Notes: generated from the letters alone by a model not told the origin. Shown: positions 1 to 9,692, counted from the first letter of the stretch. The stretch: DNA of 64,000 nt from Pseudomonadota bacterium (GCA_039195135.1 JBCCVP010000009.1:1629-65628); one strand, 5' to 3'. A program made the numbers and translations.

Positions 1-195
1 TACGGCACCAGCTACGTGACCGGCAAGTACCTGCTGGAACAGACGCTGGCGGACTTTGCCCGGCAGGCCGAGCAGGGACCGGAAGCTTTCAGCATGAAGC
101 GCTTTTTTGACACGCTCAATCGCATCGACAGTATCCCCATTGCGCTCGGGCGCTGGGAGTTAACCGGCGAAGACGACTGGATCGAGCAACCGTAG
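1..195 (+). CDS. 3' end of a gene entering from upstream; possibly a DUF885-like protein
   Basis: Frame 1 is open from base 1 to TAG at 193-195. The tail ...[22 protein letters not shown] resembles DUF885-type C-termini. This is a weak assignment from memory. Confidence 0.3.
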   Translation, partial: YGTSYVTGKYLLEQTLADFARQAEQGPEAFSMKRFFDTLNRIDSIPIALGRWELTGEDDWIEQP

Positions 196-207
196 CGAGG
201 CGGCGGG

Positions 208-1020
208 TCAGCTCACGCGCGTGCCGCGAATACCCAGCAGTACCGCGTCAACCAGATCGAGCGGAATCACCAGCCGGTTGTGACGGATGAGGCGCCGCCG
301 AATCCTTCGTTTTGAGGCTTTATGGGCCCGCGGCTCCAGCGCTTTGAATGCCTCAGCCAGGGCCGCAGCCCGCGGCAGCAGGTCGTCCACCGACGTCAGC
401 TCGTCAAAGAAACCGGCCTGCCGGGCCGTTTCCGGATCGAACGTCTCGGCGAGGGTGACGGCGCGCTGGTACGCCGCGGGATTAAGCCGGTGCTTGAGCA
501 TCGCTGCGGCTACCCGGGGCATGGTCATCCCCAGCGCCACCTCGTTGGCGGAGATTTTGAAATCTCCCTCCGCGCCGAGCACGTAATCTGCCGCCAGGGC
601 AAGAAACACACCCATGGCCATCAGGTGACCATTGCAGGCGGCAATGACCGGATAGGGGTGGGCGAGTACCCGCGCCGTCAGCGAGTAGCCGCTGGCCAGC
701 ATGCGCAGCGCCGACGTACCGCCGCGCTTCATGACCTTGAGATCAAATCCCGCCGAGAACACCTCCTCGCGGCCCGTGACGACCACAACAGCGCGATCTT
801 TCTCGGCCTGGGCAAAGGCGTTATGAATCGCTTTCAGCACCGCCGGGGACAGGGCGTTGCGCTTGCCGTCGTCGATGACAATGCGGGCGATCTGGCTCTC
901 CAGCTGGTAGGTAACCGGGTTGTTCAACGGCGTGCTCTCAAAGCCTGGACGGGCCGGGATTGTCTGGCCAAAGCCTGCGGTGTTGCAACCGGAGCATGAG
1001 TTCCGACCGTTTTCTGGCAC
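208..1020 (-). CDS. enoyl-CoA hydratase/isomerase (crotonase) family protein
   Basis: 270 aa ORF with crotonase hallmarks (IARIVIDDGKRNALS, VVVVTGREEVFSAGFDL). The true start is probably TTG at 927, preceded by GAGAG, rather than 1020. Confidence 0.85.
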   Translation of the reverse strand: MPENGRNSCSGCNTAGFGQTIPARPGFESTPLNNPVTYQLESQIARIVIDDGKRNALSPAVLKAIHNAFAQAEKDRAVVVVTGREEVFSAGFDLKVMKRGGTSALRMLASGYSLTARVLAHPYPVIAACNGHLMAMGVFLALAADYVLGAEGDFKISANEVALGMTMPRVAAAMLKHRLNPAAYQRAVTLAETFDPETARQAGFFDELTSVDDLLPRAAALAEAFKALEPRAHKASKRRIRRRLIRHNRLVIPLDLVDAVLLGIRGTRVS

Positions 1021-1070
1021 GCCGGAATTTTCGGAAATACGCCGGAATTTACGCCGGCTGCGCCGGAATT
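1019..1070. promoter_or_regulatory. three phased direct repeats (ACGCCGGAATTT twice, GCGCCGGAATTA once); candidate enhancer/UAS
   Basis: GCCGGAATT occurs at 1021-1029, 1041-1049 and 1062-1070, spaced 20-21 bp apart. The repeats lie 110-160 bp upstream of the sigma54 promoter at 1179. Confidence 0.4.
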
Positions 1071-1178
1071 ATCAGCTGTTCCGTTTCTTTGAGGTCCCGA
1101 ATTTCCATCTCGGCATCTGATTTAAATCACTGGTTTTATTGGCTTATCTGGCTCGGTTGCCACGCCCCCGGGCATTCC

Positions 1179-1193
1179 TGGCACAGGCCTTGC
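1179..1193 (+). promoter_or_regulatory. sigma54 (-24/-12) promoter
   Basis: cTGGCACaggccTTGCg matches TGGCAC-N5-TTGC exactly. Confidence 0.55.
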
Positions 1194-1446
1194 GGCGTCC
1201 TGGACGTGCAGGCCGCCCTCGACGCGGACGGCTATGTTGCGGGCGATGCCCTGTCGCCCAGGATGGGCCGGTCGGATGAGGGTGAAGTCATCACCATCCA
1301 GGATACGGCGCTGCTGTGGGGCGACGACGTCTGGGGTAACGGTTATCTCTGGGCCAACAACGTGGTCAACGCCAACGCGCTTTACAAGCACACGCGCAGG
1401 GTCTGGAGCTTCACGACGATTGAGGAGCAACACTCCCCCGGGAGGG

Positions 1447-1482
1447 ACGCCGCGGGCTGGGGCGGCTCGCGGCGTTTTTTTT
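1447..1482 (+). terminator. rho-independent terminator
   Basis: 8 bp GC-rich stem ACGCCGCG/CGCGGCGT with a 13 nt loop, running into a T8 tract (1475-1482). Confidence 0.6.
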
Positions 1483-1596
1483 GGCGGGGCACCAAATTTC
1501 CGGCGCAAAACACGCATTTTTGCACACCCACTCCCTCAAGCTGCCTGCTTAATCCGCCGTTATTACGGCCTGTAATCTTTTTTTGGGACCAGCCCG

Positions 1597-2751
1597 GTGG
1601 CCGAAATACTACTTGTCGGTGCGCGTGACGACGCGCTGACCAATCTGCAGCGCTACGTGGCCGCGCAGGAGCCTGACTGGTCCGTGGTGCACAGCCTCGA
1701 CAATCAGGGGGCGCTGGAGCGGCTGCGCAAGCGCTCCAGCGACATCGTGCTCGCCGGCATGGAAACGGAGCAGTGCGAGCTGCTTTTCTCCGAGGTGGGG
1801 GAGACGGCGCCGGGGGCGATCCGCCTGGCCCTGTCAGCGGCACCGGCTCATCTGATTCGCGGCGCCCATCAGATTCTGGCGCGGCAGAGTGAGCTGGACG
1901 ATCTGCATCAGCGGCTGCGGGCCGCCGTGCGCGTGTCCTCCCGCTCCGCCGGCCGCCGACGCCTGCAGCGGATCATCTCCCGGTTTCAGGAGGTGCCGTC
2001 ACCGCCGCAGCTCTACTTTGATATCCGGGAACAGCTCGACAGCGCCGCCGGCACGTCCACCAGCATGGCGGAGATTGCCAGCAAAGACCCGGCGCTGGTG
2101 GCGCGTACGCTGCAGATCGCCAACTCCGGCTTCTACGCCCGTTCAGGAACGGTGGGGGATCTGGTGGACGCGATCACGCTGCTGGGCACGGAAACCCTGC
2201 TGGGACTGGTGCTGGCGGCGCACCTGTTTTCGGGCATGCCGCCCCCGGGCCTCAAGCTGGACATGCTCTGGCGCCATTCCTTTTCCGTCTCTCAGCTGGC
2301 CCGGGAAATCTGCCGCGGCGAAGGCGGCAAGGCGGGTGAGGCCAGCCACAGTTTTCTGGCCGGCCTGCTGCACGACATCGGCCTGATTGTGCTGTTTCAG
2401 AACGAGCCGGCCGACTACCTGCCCATGTGGCAGGCCGCTCAGGGTGATGAGGATACGCTGGTTGACCTTGAGCGGGAAGCGTTTGAGATTTCTCACGCGG
2501 AGCTCGGTTCCATGGTGCTGACGCTGTGGAATCTGCCGGAGCGGGTGGTGTCTGCGGTTGCCGCAAGCCATGCCGGCGACCTTGCGCCGACCGATTGCCG
2601 CGTGTCTCGCGCGGTGCTGGCTGCGGAGTGGCTGCTGGGGCGCGACTGCCCGGCCACGCTGGATACGCTGCCCGCGCCGCTTGCCGACACCAGCGCCGCC
2701 ACGCTTGCGAGCTGGGTGGACGCCCGTTCCCGTTTGGAAAGCGGCAGCTGA
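1597..2751 (+). CDS. HDOD domain protein with an N-terminal receiver-like (pseudo-receiver) domain
   Basis: GTG start. The HDOD signature is present (PSPPQLYFDIREQL...IASKDPALVARTLQIANSGFYA...LLGTETL). The N-terminus is CheY-like, but the acceptor position reads DIVLAGME. Confidence 0.85.
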   Translation: MAEILLVGARDDALTNLQRYVAAQEPDWSVVHSLDNQGALERLRKRSSDIVLAGMETEQCELLFSEVGETAPGAIRLALSAAPAHLIRGAHQILARQSELDDLHQRLRAAVRVSSRSAGRRRLQRIISRFQEVPSPPQLYFDIREQLDSAAGTSTSMAEIASKDPALVARTLQIANSGFYARSGTVGDLVDAITLLGTETLLGLVLAAHLFSGMPPPGLKLDMLWRHSFSVSQLAREICRGEGGKAGEASHSFLAGLLHDIGLIVLFQNEPADYLPMWQAAQGDEDTLVDLEREAFEISHAELGSMVLTLWNLPERVVSAVAASHAGDLAPTDCRVSRAVLAAEWLLGRDCPATLDTLPAPLADTSAATLASWVDARSRLESGS

Positions 2752-2761
2752 GGTGGACGTT

Positions 2762-5725
2762 ATGAATCAGTCGGAACTGCTACGGGAATGTGTTGAAGAG
2801 TTCAAACGGCTGGCCGGTGCCCGCCATGCCAGTGTCGCGATCCACCTTTCACCCCTGGAGCGGCGATCACTTTTCGTCGCGGAAGCGGGCGCCGGCCCTG
2901 CCGTGGCTGAGCTGCAGGACGAGGCCACGGCCTGGGCGTTTATCAGCGCGCGGGACGTGGACGATGGTGATGCCCCGGTCGTCAGCGTGGTTCCGGGGAA
3001 AGAGGCCGGAACGACGCTGGTGCGCGTTGCGTTCCACGAGCTCCTGCCCCAGCCATCCTCGGAGCGGCGGGATGGACGGGAACGGCGACTTGATCCGGTG
3101 GTGCGAACGGCGCTGCCGCGAGATGGTGCGTTGTGGATCGGGCTGCGGGACGCCAGCGATGTGTCGGCGCTGGTGGGGGATCTCAACCCGGAAACCGCCT
3201 TCACCGATTCCGACCCCGTCCTCCACCGTTTGACCAACCTGTGCTGCCGGCTTGCGTTCAGCGTGTACTACCTGTCGACGCTGACGCTTGATCCGGTAAG
3301 CCAGCTGGCTGGCCGCACCCACCTGCAGGACTTTCTGCGCCGCGCGGTCAGCGCGCTTAAGCAAAGCGAACAACCGATCGCCCTGCTGCTCGTCACGGCG
3401 GACGATTTCGCCATGATCAACTGCCGCCACGGGCGGCAATTCGGTGACCAGGCGATCAGGGAGATCGCCGAGCGTTTGGAGTCCACGCTGCGCAGCACGG
3501 ACGGATTGTTCCGCTACAACGGCGCGGCGTTTGCGGTCGTGCTGCCCGCTACCAACCCCAGCCAGGCCCGGGCCACGGCAGACAAGCTGAGAACGCGGCT
3601 GGTGGGGCAGGGATACCTGGAGGAACAGCTGCCACTGACCTTCAGCATGGGCGTAGCTGTGGCAACGCCGGAAGAACTTCAGCATTGCGAAGACGCTGAG
3701 ACCGCCCTGTTCCGGCATGCCGATACGGCGCTGAACAGCGCCCGGCTTTCCGGCGGTGCTCAGTGCTGCGTGCTGTCGTTGTCGGACGAAGATGCCCCGG
3801 CCCACGGCAATCCGCTGAACGGCGTGTTTACCGCCGACACGGAAAAAGACCACCGCAACATGCTGCTGCTGTGGGATACCGTCACGCTGGTTTCCAGCGT
3901 GCCCGAGCCGGCCCAGATGGCGAGCCGGTTTGTCGAGCGGATCGCCAGCGTATTTCGCCCGGAGCGGGTGGCGCTGCTGCGCCCCGCTGAAGAGGGCCTG
4001 CAGACGGTGGCCAGCAGCCTGCGGGATGACGCCCGTCCCGACGGCCGGATCACGGGGCGCCCGATCAAGCTGAAGTCGAGTCACGCTGACCTGGTTACCC
4101 AGGCGATCGACACGCGGCAGGTGGCCCGGTCACGCACGGAGCAGGGCGCCGCGGCGTCGCGGGTGGCCTACGCCGTGCCGCTGGTTTCCGGCGCCGCCAG
4201 TCAGGGCTGCCTGTTCCTGGAAGTGCGGCGGGACACGATCAAGGTGGACTCAGCGGACGTGGTGTTTCTCAATGCGCTCGCCTCGCAAATGGCGGTCGCC
4301 ATGGAGCGGGCGGAGCTGGCGTCCCGGCAGTTTGAGGAAAAGGACCGGGAAAGCCGGTCCCTGCGAAGAGAGGTGCGGGGTCTTAGGCAGGCGCTGAAGC
4401 ACAGCCGCATGGTGTATCAATCCCAGGCGATGCACGAGGTGATGCAGCTGCTGACCAAGGTAGCGCCCACCGACGCGACAGTGCTCATCATCGGGGAAAG
4501 CGGCACCGGCAAAGAGGTGCTGGCCCGCAGCGTGCACGAGCTTAGTGACCGCCGAGAAGCGCCGTTTGTGGTGTTTGACTGTGGTGCGGTGGCCCCCACG
4601 CTGCTGGAGGCAGAGTTGTTCGGCCACATCAAAGGCGCCTTTACCGGCGCTGACAAAGCGTCCGAAGGGCATATCGCCCGGGCCGCCGGGGGCACCCTTT
4701 TTCTGGATGAAATTGGTGAATTGCCGCTCGGTATTCAGGCCAAGCTGTTGCGCTTTGTGCAGGAAAAAGAATTTGCCCCGGTGGGCAGCGCGAGCACCCG
4801 GCAGGTGGACGTGCGGGTGGTGGCGGCGACCAACCGCCGACTTGAGGACGAAGTGGCCGGCGGCCGCTTTCGCGCGGACCTTTACTACCGCCTGCGGGTG
4901 ATTGCGGTGGACGCGCCACCGTTGCGTCAGCGGCCGGAAGACATTCTGCCGCTGGCCCACTACTTCGTGGAAAAGTACGCGGTGCAGCACGGCCGGCCGG
5001 TCAGCGACCTGACGCCGGCGGCGCAGCAGAAGCTGCAACAGTATGCGTGGCCTGGCAACGTTCGGGAGCTCGAAAACAGCATCCTGCGGGCGGTACTCAC
5101 CCACGGCGACGGTCCGCTGGACGCCGCGGCGATCGAGCTGGAAACGGAAGGCCGCGCGCCGGTCGGCGCACCGGTCGCGGCGGTCTCGCCCCTGGCCCTG
5201 CCGCCCACCGCCATGCACGGCGGTCACGTCGCTGCTGACGCGGCGGTGATGCCGCCGCCGGTGGACCCCTGGGGGTCGCTGCAGGCGGAGCTTGAGCGAC
5301 AGGTGGAGCTTGCGGTGGCGGACGACGGCCGCCGTCCGGTGCCCCTGGGGCGCTGGCTGAATGAAGATCTGATCCTGCAGGCCAGCGAGGCCTGCGACAA
5401 CGTGGCGCGCCGCGCTGCGAGCCTGATCCAGGTGCCGGAGTCGACGTTCCGCCGACACTTGGACAAGGTGCACACCGGCGTCGCCAATGGCGGCCTGTTT
5501 CGCACGGATCACTGGAGCCCGGTCCGGCCGCTGCTGCGGCGGCTGATTGAGCAGGCGGACGCGGAGAGCGACAGCGGGCACAGCCTGCTGGAACGTTCCC
5601 GCTCCACGCTGCTGCGCTGTGTCCGGTCCCGGCTCGACGGACGCGCGTCCACTGCCGCGTCCCTGATGGGGGTAACGCCGCTGACCTACAAACGTTGGCT
5701 CAGCGAGCAGGAGGAAAGATCATGA
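2762..5725 (+). CDS. sigma54-dependent enhancer-binding protein: N-terminal region, degenerate GGDEF, GAF-like, AAA+, Fis-type HTH
   Basis: ATG at 2762 (MNQSELL), 10 nt after the HDOD stop. The AAA+ domain has GESGTGKE, GAFTGA and LFLDEIGE. The C-terminal HTH is ASLMGVTPLTYKRWL. The GGDEF-like block reads RSTDGLFRYNGAAF. Confidence 0.9.
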   Translation: MNQSELLRECVEEFKRLAGARHASVAIHLSPLERRSLFVAEAGAGPAVAELQDEATAWAFISARDVDDGDAPVVSVVPGKEAGTTLVRVAFHELLPQPSSERRDGRERRLDPVVRTALPRDGALWIGLRDASDVSALVGDLNPETAFTDSDPVLHRLTNLCCRLAFSVYYLSTLTLDPVSQLAGRTHLQDFLRRAVSALKQSEQPIALLLVTADDFAMINCRHGRQFGDQAIREIAERLESTLRSTDGLFRYNGAAFAVVLPATNPSQARATADKLRTRLVGQGYLEEQLPLTFSMGVAVATPEELQHCEDAETALFRHADTALNSARLSGGAQCCVLSLSDEDAPAHGNPLNGVFTADTEKDHRNMLLLWDTVTLVSSVPEPAQMASRFVERIASVFRPERVALLRPAEEGLQTVASSLRDDARPDGRITGRPIKLKSSHADLVTQAIDTRQVARSRTEQGAAASRVAYAVPLVSGAASQGCLFLEVRRDTIKVDSADVVFLNALASQMAVAMERAELASRQFEEKDRESRSLRREVRGLRQALKHSRMVYQSQAMHEVMQLLTKVAPTDATVLIIGESGTGKEVLARSVHELSDRREAPFVVFDCGAVAPTLLEAELFGHIKGAFTGADKASEGHIARAAGGTLFLDEIGELPLGIQAKLLRFVQEKEFAPVGSASTRQVDVRVVAATNRRLEDEVAGGRFRADLYYRLRVIAVDAPPLRQRPEDILPLAHYFVEKYAVQHGRPVSDLTPAAQQKLQQYAWPGNVRELENSILRAVLTHGDGPLDAAAIELETEGRAPVGAPVAAVSPLALPPTAMHGGHVAADAAVMPPPVDPWGSLQAELERQVELAVADDGRRPVPLGRWLNEDLILQASEACDNVARRAASLIQVPESTFRRHLDKVHTGVANGGLFRTDHWSPVRPLLRRLIEQADAESDSGHSLLERSRSTLLRCVRSRLDGRASTAASLMGVTPLTYKRWLSEQEERS

Positions 5726-8700
5726 AGGCCTCAGGTCTGCTTCGAAAGCTCTGCGCCGCAGCGGCCGTTCTGGCGCTGCTGTGCGCTACGCCAGCGTTCG
5801 CCGCGCAGCCGGTGGACACGCTGAAGCGGAACCTCAAGTTCGTCAATCTGACGACGGAGGATGGCCTGTCCAGCGAGTTTGTCACCGCCGTCGCGCAGGA
5901 TGGTCAGGGCTACCTGTGGTTTGCTACCCAGTCCGGTCTCAATCGCTACGACGGTCATGAGATCCGCGTGTACGAACATCGACCGGATCAGCCCAACTCC
6001 ATCAGCGACAATTTTCTCCGGGCGCTGGTGGTCGACCACCAGGGGGAGCTCTGGGTGGGCACCGGGCGCGGGCTCAATCGCTACGACGCCAGCCGCGACT
6101 CTTTTGTGCAGCGGCCGTTTGATGGCCAGCTGGCGGATCTGCGAATCCGGGCGGTGACCCAGGATGACAACGGCCGTTTCTGGGTGGGCACGGTGGCGTC
6201 GGGGCTGTTCGCTATCGACCGTGATGGCAGCAATCTGCGGCACTATAGCCACGAGCCGGGCCGGCCCGACTCGCTGCCGTCGGATCAGGTGATCACCATG
6301 CTGGAAAGCCAGACCGGGGAGGTCTGGGTCGGCACCGACGGAGGGGGCCTCGCGCGCCTCGATCGCGAGCAGCAGTCCTTTACCGTGTACCGCCACCAGC
6401 CGGATGATCCAGCCAGCCTCGCCGGCGACGAAATCCGTTCGATGTTTGAAGATCGCGATGGTTTTATCTGGGTCGGCAGCGCGCAGGGCGGCCTAAGCCG
6501 CTACAACCCGGCAACGGATCGGTTTGACCGTTTTGCCCACAACGACGAGGACCCTCTGAGTCTGGGTACCGGCCAGGTTCCAGCCATCTTCGAAGATCGC
6601 GATGGCACCCTGTGGGTGGGTACGGAAGCGGGCCTTTCTGAGTGGCGGCCTGCCCGGTCCGGCTTTGTAACCTACCGGCGCGATCGAGGCGGTCGCTACA
6701 GCCTGGTGAATGATCGCGTCAACGCGATCAGTCAGGATGCTTCCGGCGTCCTTTGGGTAGCCACCCACGGGGGCGTCAGTGCGTGGAACTACGTGAGCGA
6801 CACGTTCTTTCAATACAACGCGGAGGGCGGCTTTGTCGCCTCCGACATCGTGACCTCCGTGGCTCAGTCCCAAGATGGCCACGTGTGGGTGGCCACCTAC
6901 GGCGGTGGACTGTCACGCATCAACATGAGCGACGGCGCGGTGCGCCAGTTCCGCCATCGGCCGGGTGATGCCACCAGCCTGGCCGATGACCGGGTGATGG
7001 CGGTGTACGTCGACCAGGCGGATCAGGTGTGGGCGGGCACGCGGGACGGTGGCTTGTGCCGACTTGTGGGTGAGGACAGCTTTTCCTGCTATCAGTATGA
7101 CCCGGCCGACAGCACGTCGCTGAGCGGCAATGCGGTCACCCGGGTTTACAGCGACAGCAACGGCGACCTCTGGGTGGGCGTGTTTGGCGGGGGCCTAAAT
7201 CAGCTTCGCTGGGAAGGCGACCAGGCCCAGTTTCGCCGGTTCCGCCACGACCCGGAAAACCCGGCAACGCTGAGCTCCGACCGGGTGCTCGCCATGGCCC
7301 ACGGCCCGGATGGCTACCTGTGGGTCGGCACCGAAAGCGGCGGCCTCAACCGGCTGGATCTCGAGACCGGGCGGGTGCTGCGTTTCGATATTGAACCCTA
7401 CGCCACCAACAGCGGCGTAGATCCGGTCAGCGGCAGCCCCTGGGAACTGTATTTTTCCGAGGACGGTGCGCTCTGGATCGGCACCATGAGCCAGGGCCTG
7501 CTGCGCTGGTCCGAGCGCGATCGCGCCGCCAACCGGGCCGAGTTTGAGCGCTTTGGCCTGAACGACGGACTGACGTCCGGCATCTACGGCATCGTACCGG
7601 GCGACGACGGCAAGCTGTGGCTGAGCAGTAGCCAGGGCCTGTTTGGTTTTGACCCAAAGCGCCGGACCGTGAGGAAATTTGATCGGAGCAACGGCCTGCG
7701 CAACAACGAATTCAACGTGGGGGCGCGACTGAAAACCCAGTCCGGTGAGCTGATTTTTGGGGGCACCGCAGGATTGGTGGCGTTTTCGCCCCAGGCCCTG
7801 CCGTTCAACGCGACGCCGCCGCCGATCGCCCTGTCCGCCCGCTCCCGCCGCGCGGTGCTGGCCCGCAATGGCGATGGCGGGACGCCGCAGGTCTCGATCA
7901 CCTATCACGACCCGTTTGTCGCCTTTGATTTTGTGGCGCTGGATTTTGTATCGCCGGACAAGAACGCCTACCGCTACCGGCTGGAGGGCTACGACAGCGA
8001 CTGGAATGATGCAACGCAAATGCGCACGGCGGTTTACTCCAACCTGCCCGCCGGCAGCTACACCTTCCGGGTGAACGCCTCCAACAGCAACGGCGTGTGG
8101 AATCAGGAGGGTGAAGCGATTGTGCTGACGGTCTCACCGGCTCCCTGGGCAACAAGCTGGGCCTTCTTCGGCTACGCGTTCGCCGCCGCAGCGTTGCTGC
8201 TGTGGGCGGTGCGCCGGCAGAAGCAGAAGCGGATGGCGGAGATTGAGCAGCGCGTGAAGCTCGAGCTCCTGGTGGCCGAGCGCACCAGCGAACTTGAAAC
8301 CCGCAATACTGAGCTGGAAGCGCTGAACCGGAAGATCGAGGACGCCAGCCTGACAGACCAGCTGACGGGCCTGCGCAATCGCCGCTTTATTCACCAGTTT
8401 ATTGACTCCGACCTGTCGACGATTGAGCGCAATCACTACCGGAGTCAGCAGGATCCGGAGGCTCGCATACCCGACCAGCTGCTGTTTGTGATCATGATCG
8501 ACCTGGATCGCTTCAAGCCGGTGAACGATCGTCTTGGGCATGACGCCGGGGACCTGGTGCTGCAGATGGTCTCAGACCGCCTCACGACCTGCTGCCGCGC
8601 CTCGGATACGCCGGTGCGCTGGGGCGGCGATGAGTTTCTCCTGGTGGGCTACACGGAGACCTTTGAAGGTATCGAGACGCTGGCGGAAAAGGTCCGCGTC

Positions 8701-9054
8701 GCGTTGGGCAAGACCCTCTACGATCTGCACCCCAATGGCTCCGCCTCGCTGTCGGCCTCCATCGGCGTATCGGCGCTGCCTTTTGTGGATGGGCAGCTTG
8801 AACTCGCCAGCTGGGAGCACGTACTCGGGGCCGCCGACGTGGCCGCGTACCTTGCGAAGAACAACGGCGGCAACAGCTGGGTGAGCATCCGCGGCACCCA
8901 CCTGCTGGAGTCCAGGGACCTGATCGATCTTAAAGATGATCTGTCCAGTCTGGTCGATGCCGGCCGCATCAGCGTGAACAGCTCCCTGGGCGGTAAGCTG
9001 CGCTACAACGCTCGAAGCAAACGGGAAGTGGATATCTCCGTCGTGAGCGGTTAG
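5722..9054 (+). CDS. sensor diguanylate cyclase: signal peptide, beta-propeller/Y_Y_Y periplasmic region, TM, GGDEF
   Basis: GGAGGA RBS. The ATG at 5722 overlaps the upstream stop (ATGA). There are repeated LWVGT..GL.RYD propeller blades. One TM segment is followed by RASDTPVRWGGDEFLLVG, an intact RxxD plus GGDEF. Confidence 0.9.
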   Translation: MKASGLLRKLCAAAAVLALLCATPAFAAQPVDTLKRNLKFVNLTTEDGLSSEFVTAVAQDGQGYLWFATQSGLNRYDGHEIRVYEHRPDQPNSISDNFLRALVVDHQGELWVGTGRGLNRYDASRDSFVQRPFDGQLADLRIRAVTQDDNGRFWVGTVASGLFAIDRDGSNLRHYSHEPGRPDSLPSDQVITMLESQTGEVWVGTDGGGLARLDREQQSFTVYRHQPDDPASLAGDEIRSMFEDRDGFIWVGSAQGGLSRYNPATDRFDRFAHNDEDPLSLGTGQVPAIFEDRDGTLWVGTEAGLSEWRPARSGFVTYRRDRGGRYSLVNDRVNAISQDASGVLWVATHGGVSAWNYVSDTFFQYNAEGGFVASDIVTSVAQSQDGHVWVATYGGGLSRINMSDGAVRQFRHRPGDATSLADDRVMAVYVDQADQVWAGTRDGGLCRLVGEDSFSCYQYDPADSTSLSGNAVTRVYSDSNGDLWVGVFGGGLNQLRWEGDQAQFRRFRHDPENPATLSSDRVLAMAHGPDGYLWVGTESGGLNRLDLETGRVLRFDIEPYATNSGVDPVSGSPWELYFSEDGALWIGTMSQGLLRWSERDRAANRAEFERFGLNDGLTSGIYGIVPGDDGKLWLSSSQGLFGFDPKRRTVRKFDRSNGLRNNEFNVGARLKTQSGELIFGGTAGLVAFSPQALPFNATPPPIALSARSRRAVLARNGDGGTPQVSITYHDPFVAFDFVALDFVSPDKNAYRYRLEGYDSDWNDATQMRTAVYSNLPAGSYTFRVNASNSNGVWNQEGEAIVLTVSPAPWATSWAFFGYAFAAAALLLWAVRRQKQKRMAEIEQRVKLELLVAERTSELETRNTELEALNRKIEDASLTDQLTGLRNRRFIHQFIDSDLSTIERNHYRSQQDPEARIPDQLLFVIMIDLDRFKPVNDRLGHDAGDLVLQMVSDRLTTCCRASDTPVRWGGDEFLLVGYTETFEGIETLAEKVRVALGKTLYDLHPNGSASLSASIGVSALPFVDGQLELASWEHVLGAADVAAYLAKNNGGNSWVSIRGTHLLESRDLIDLKDDLSSLVDAGRISVNSSLGGKLRYNARSKREVDISVVSG

Positions 9055-9161
9055 CGGGCCTGGTCGTTTCGGCCAGCCGCCCGCAGGGATCGAAATGATA
9101 GGCTAGCTGGAATCCCTATCGACCCATTGGCGGCTGACGCCGATTGGAGAGGCCTTGATTG

Positions 9162-9668
9162 ATGTCTGCCTTGCTCCCCCTTGTTTTCACCGGGCTGGTC
9201 GCCGCAGCCGACGCGCCTGCGGCGACCGAACACTACTGGCACGATTGCGCCAAACGCAGCAACGTGGACCCGGAGCCGGCGCCCCGAATTCGCCGCTTTG
9301 GAGATTCGAAGGACCTGACGGACCGGCTTAACGAGCTGATCCTAGCCGGAGAAAAGACGATCACAGCGAGTTCGCCCTGGCTGTACGACCACGATAACGA
9401 GCAGCGTCCGGTCGTTGGCGGCTACTCCGTCTTCGTCGACGCGGACGGCGCTCCCGTGGGTGTCTTGCGAACGACCGAGATCAAAACCATGCCTTTTGCT
9501 GCTGTTACGGCGAACGAGAGTCGTTTCGAAGGCAAAGGGGTACGGCCTATTGAGCTGTGGCGCAACGTTCACCGTGCCTACTTTGAGGCCAGGCTGGCGC
9601 CGCTCGACAAGACCTGGGCGCCTGATATGCCGGTGACGCTCGAGTGGTTTGAGGTGGTTTGTGAGTAG
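9162..9668 (+). CDS. ASCH domain protein
   Basis: GGAGAGG RBS. The ASCH-like pattern is present (FGDS..L.D.L..LILAGEKTITASS...G...V.D..G.PV.V..T.E......A.V......EG.G...ELWR.VH..YF). Confidence 0.65.
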   Translation: MSALLPLVFTGLVAAADAPAATEHYWHDCAKRSNVDPEPAPRIRRFGDSKDLTDRLNELILAGEKTITASSPWLYDHDNEQRPVVGGYSVFVDADGAPVGVLRTTEIKTMPFAAVTANESRFEGKGVRPIELWRNVHRAYFEARLAPLDKTWAPDMPVTLEWFEVVCE

Positions 9669-9692
9669 TCGGCTGAGCGCGTCGCGCAGCGA

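Noticed and set aside
1490-1525. Second sigma54-like sequence (GGCACcaaatTTCC) and the GCAAAA-N7-TTTTGC repeat upstream of the HDOD gene.
   Set aside because: The -12 element is TTCC rather than TTGC, and the GG-GC spacing fails for the alternative register.
2867-5581. Long antisense or out-of-frame ORFs overlapping real genes throughout the window. Examples: 2867-4084(-), 4250-5581(-), 20283-21671(-), 28502-29731(-), 33430-34368(-), 36665-38059(+), 44522-45340(-), 51059-52177(+), 59897-60739(+).
   Set aside because: Their compositions are Arg/Pro/Gly/His-rich with no motifs. They sit opposite ORFs with clear family signatures. These are typical shadow ORFs of GC-rich DNA.
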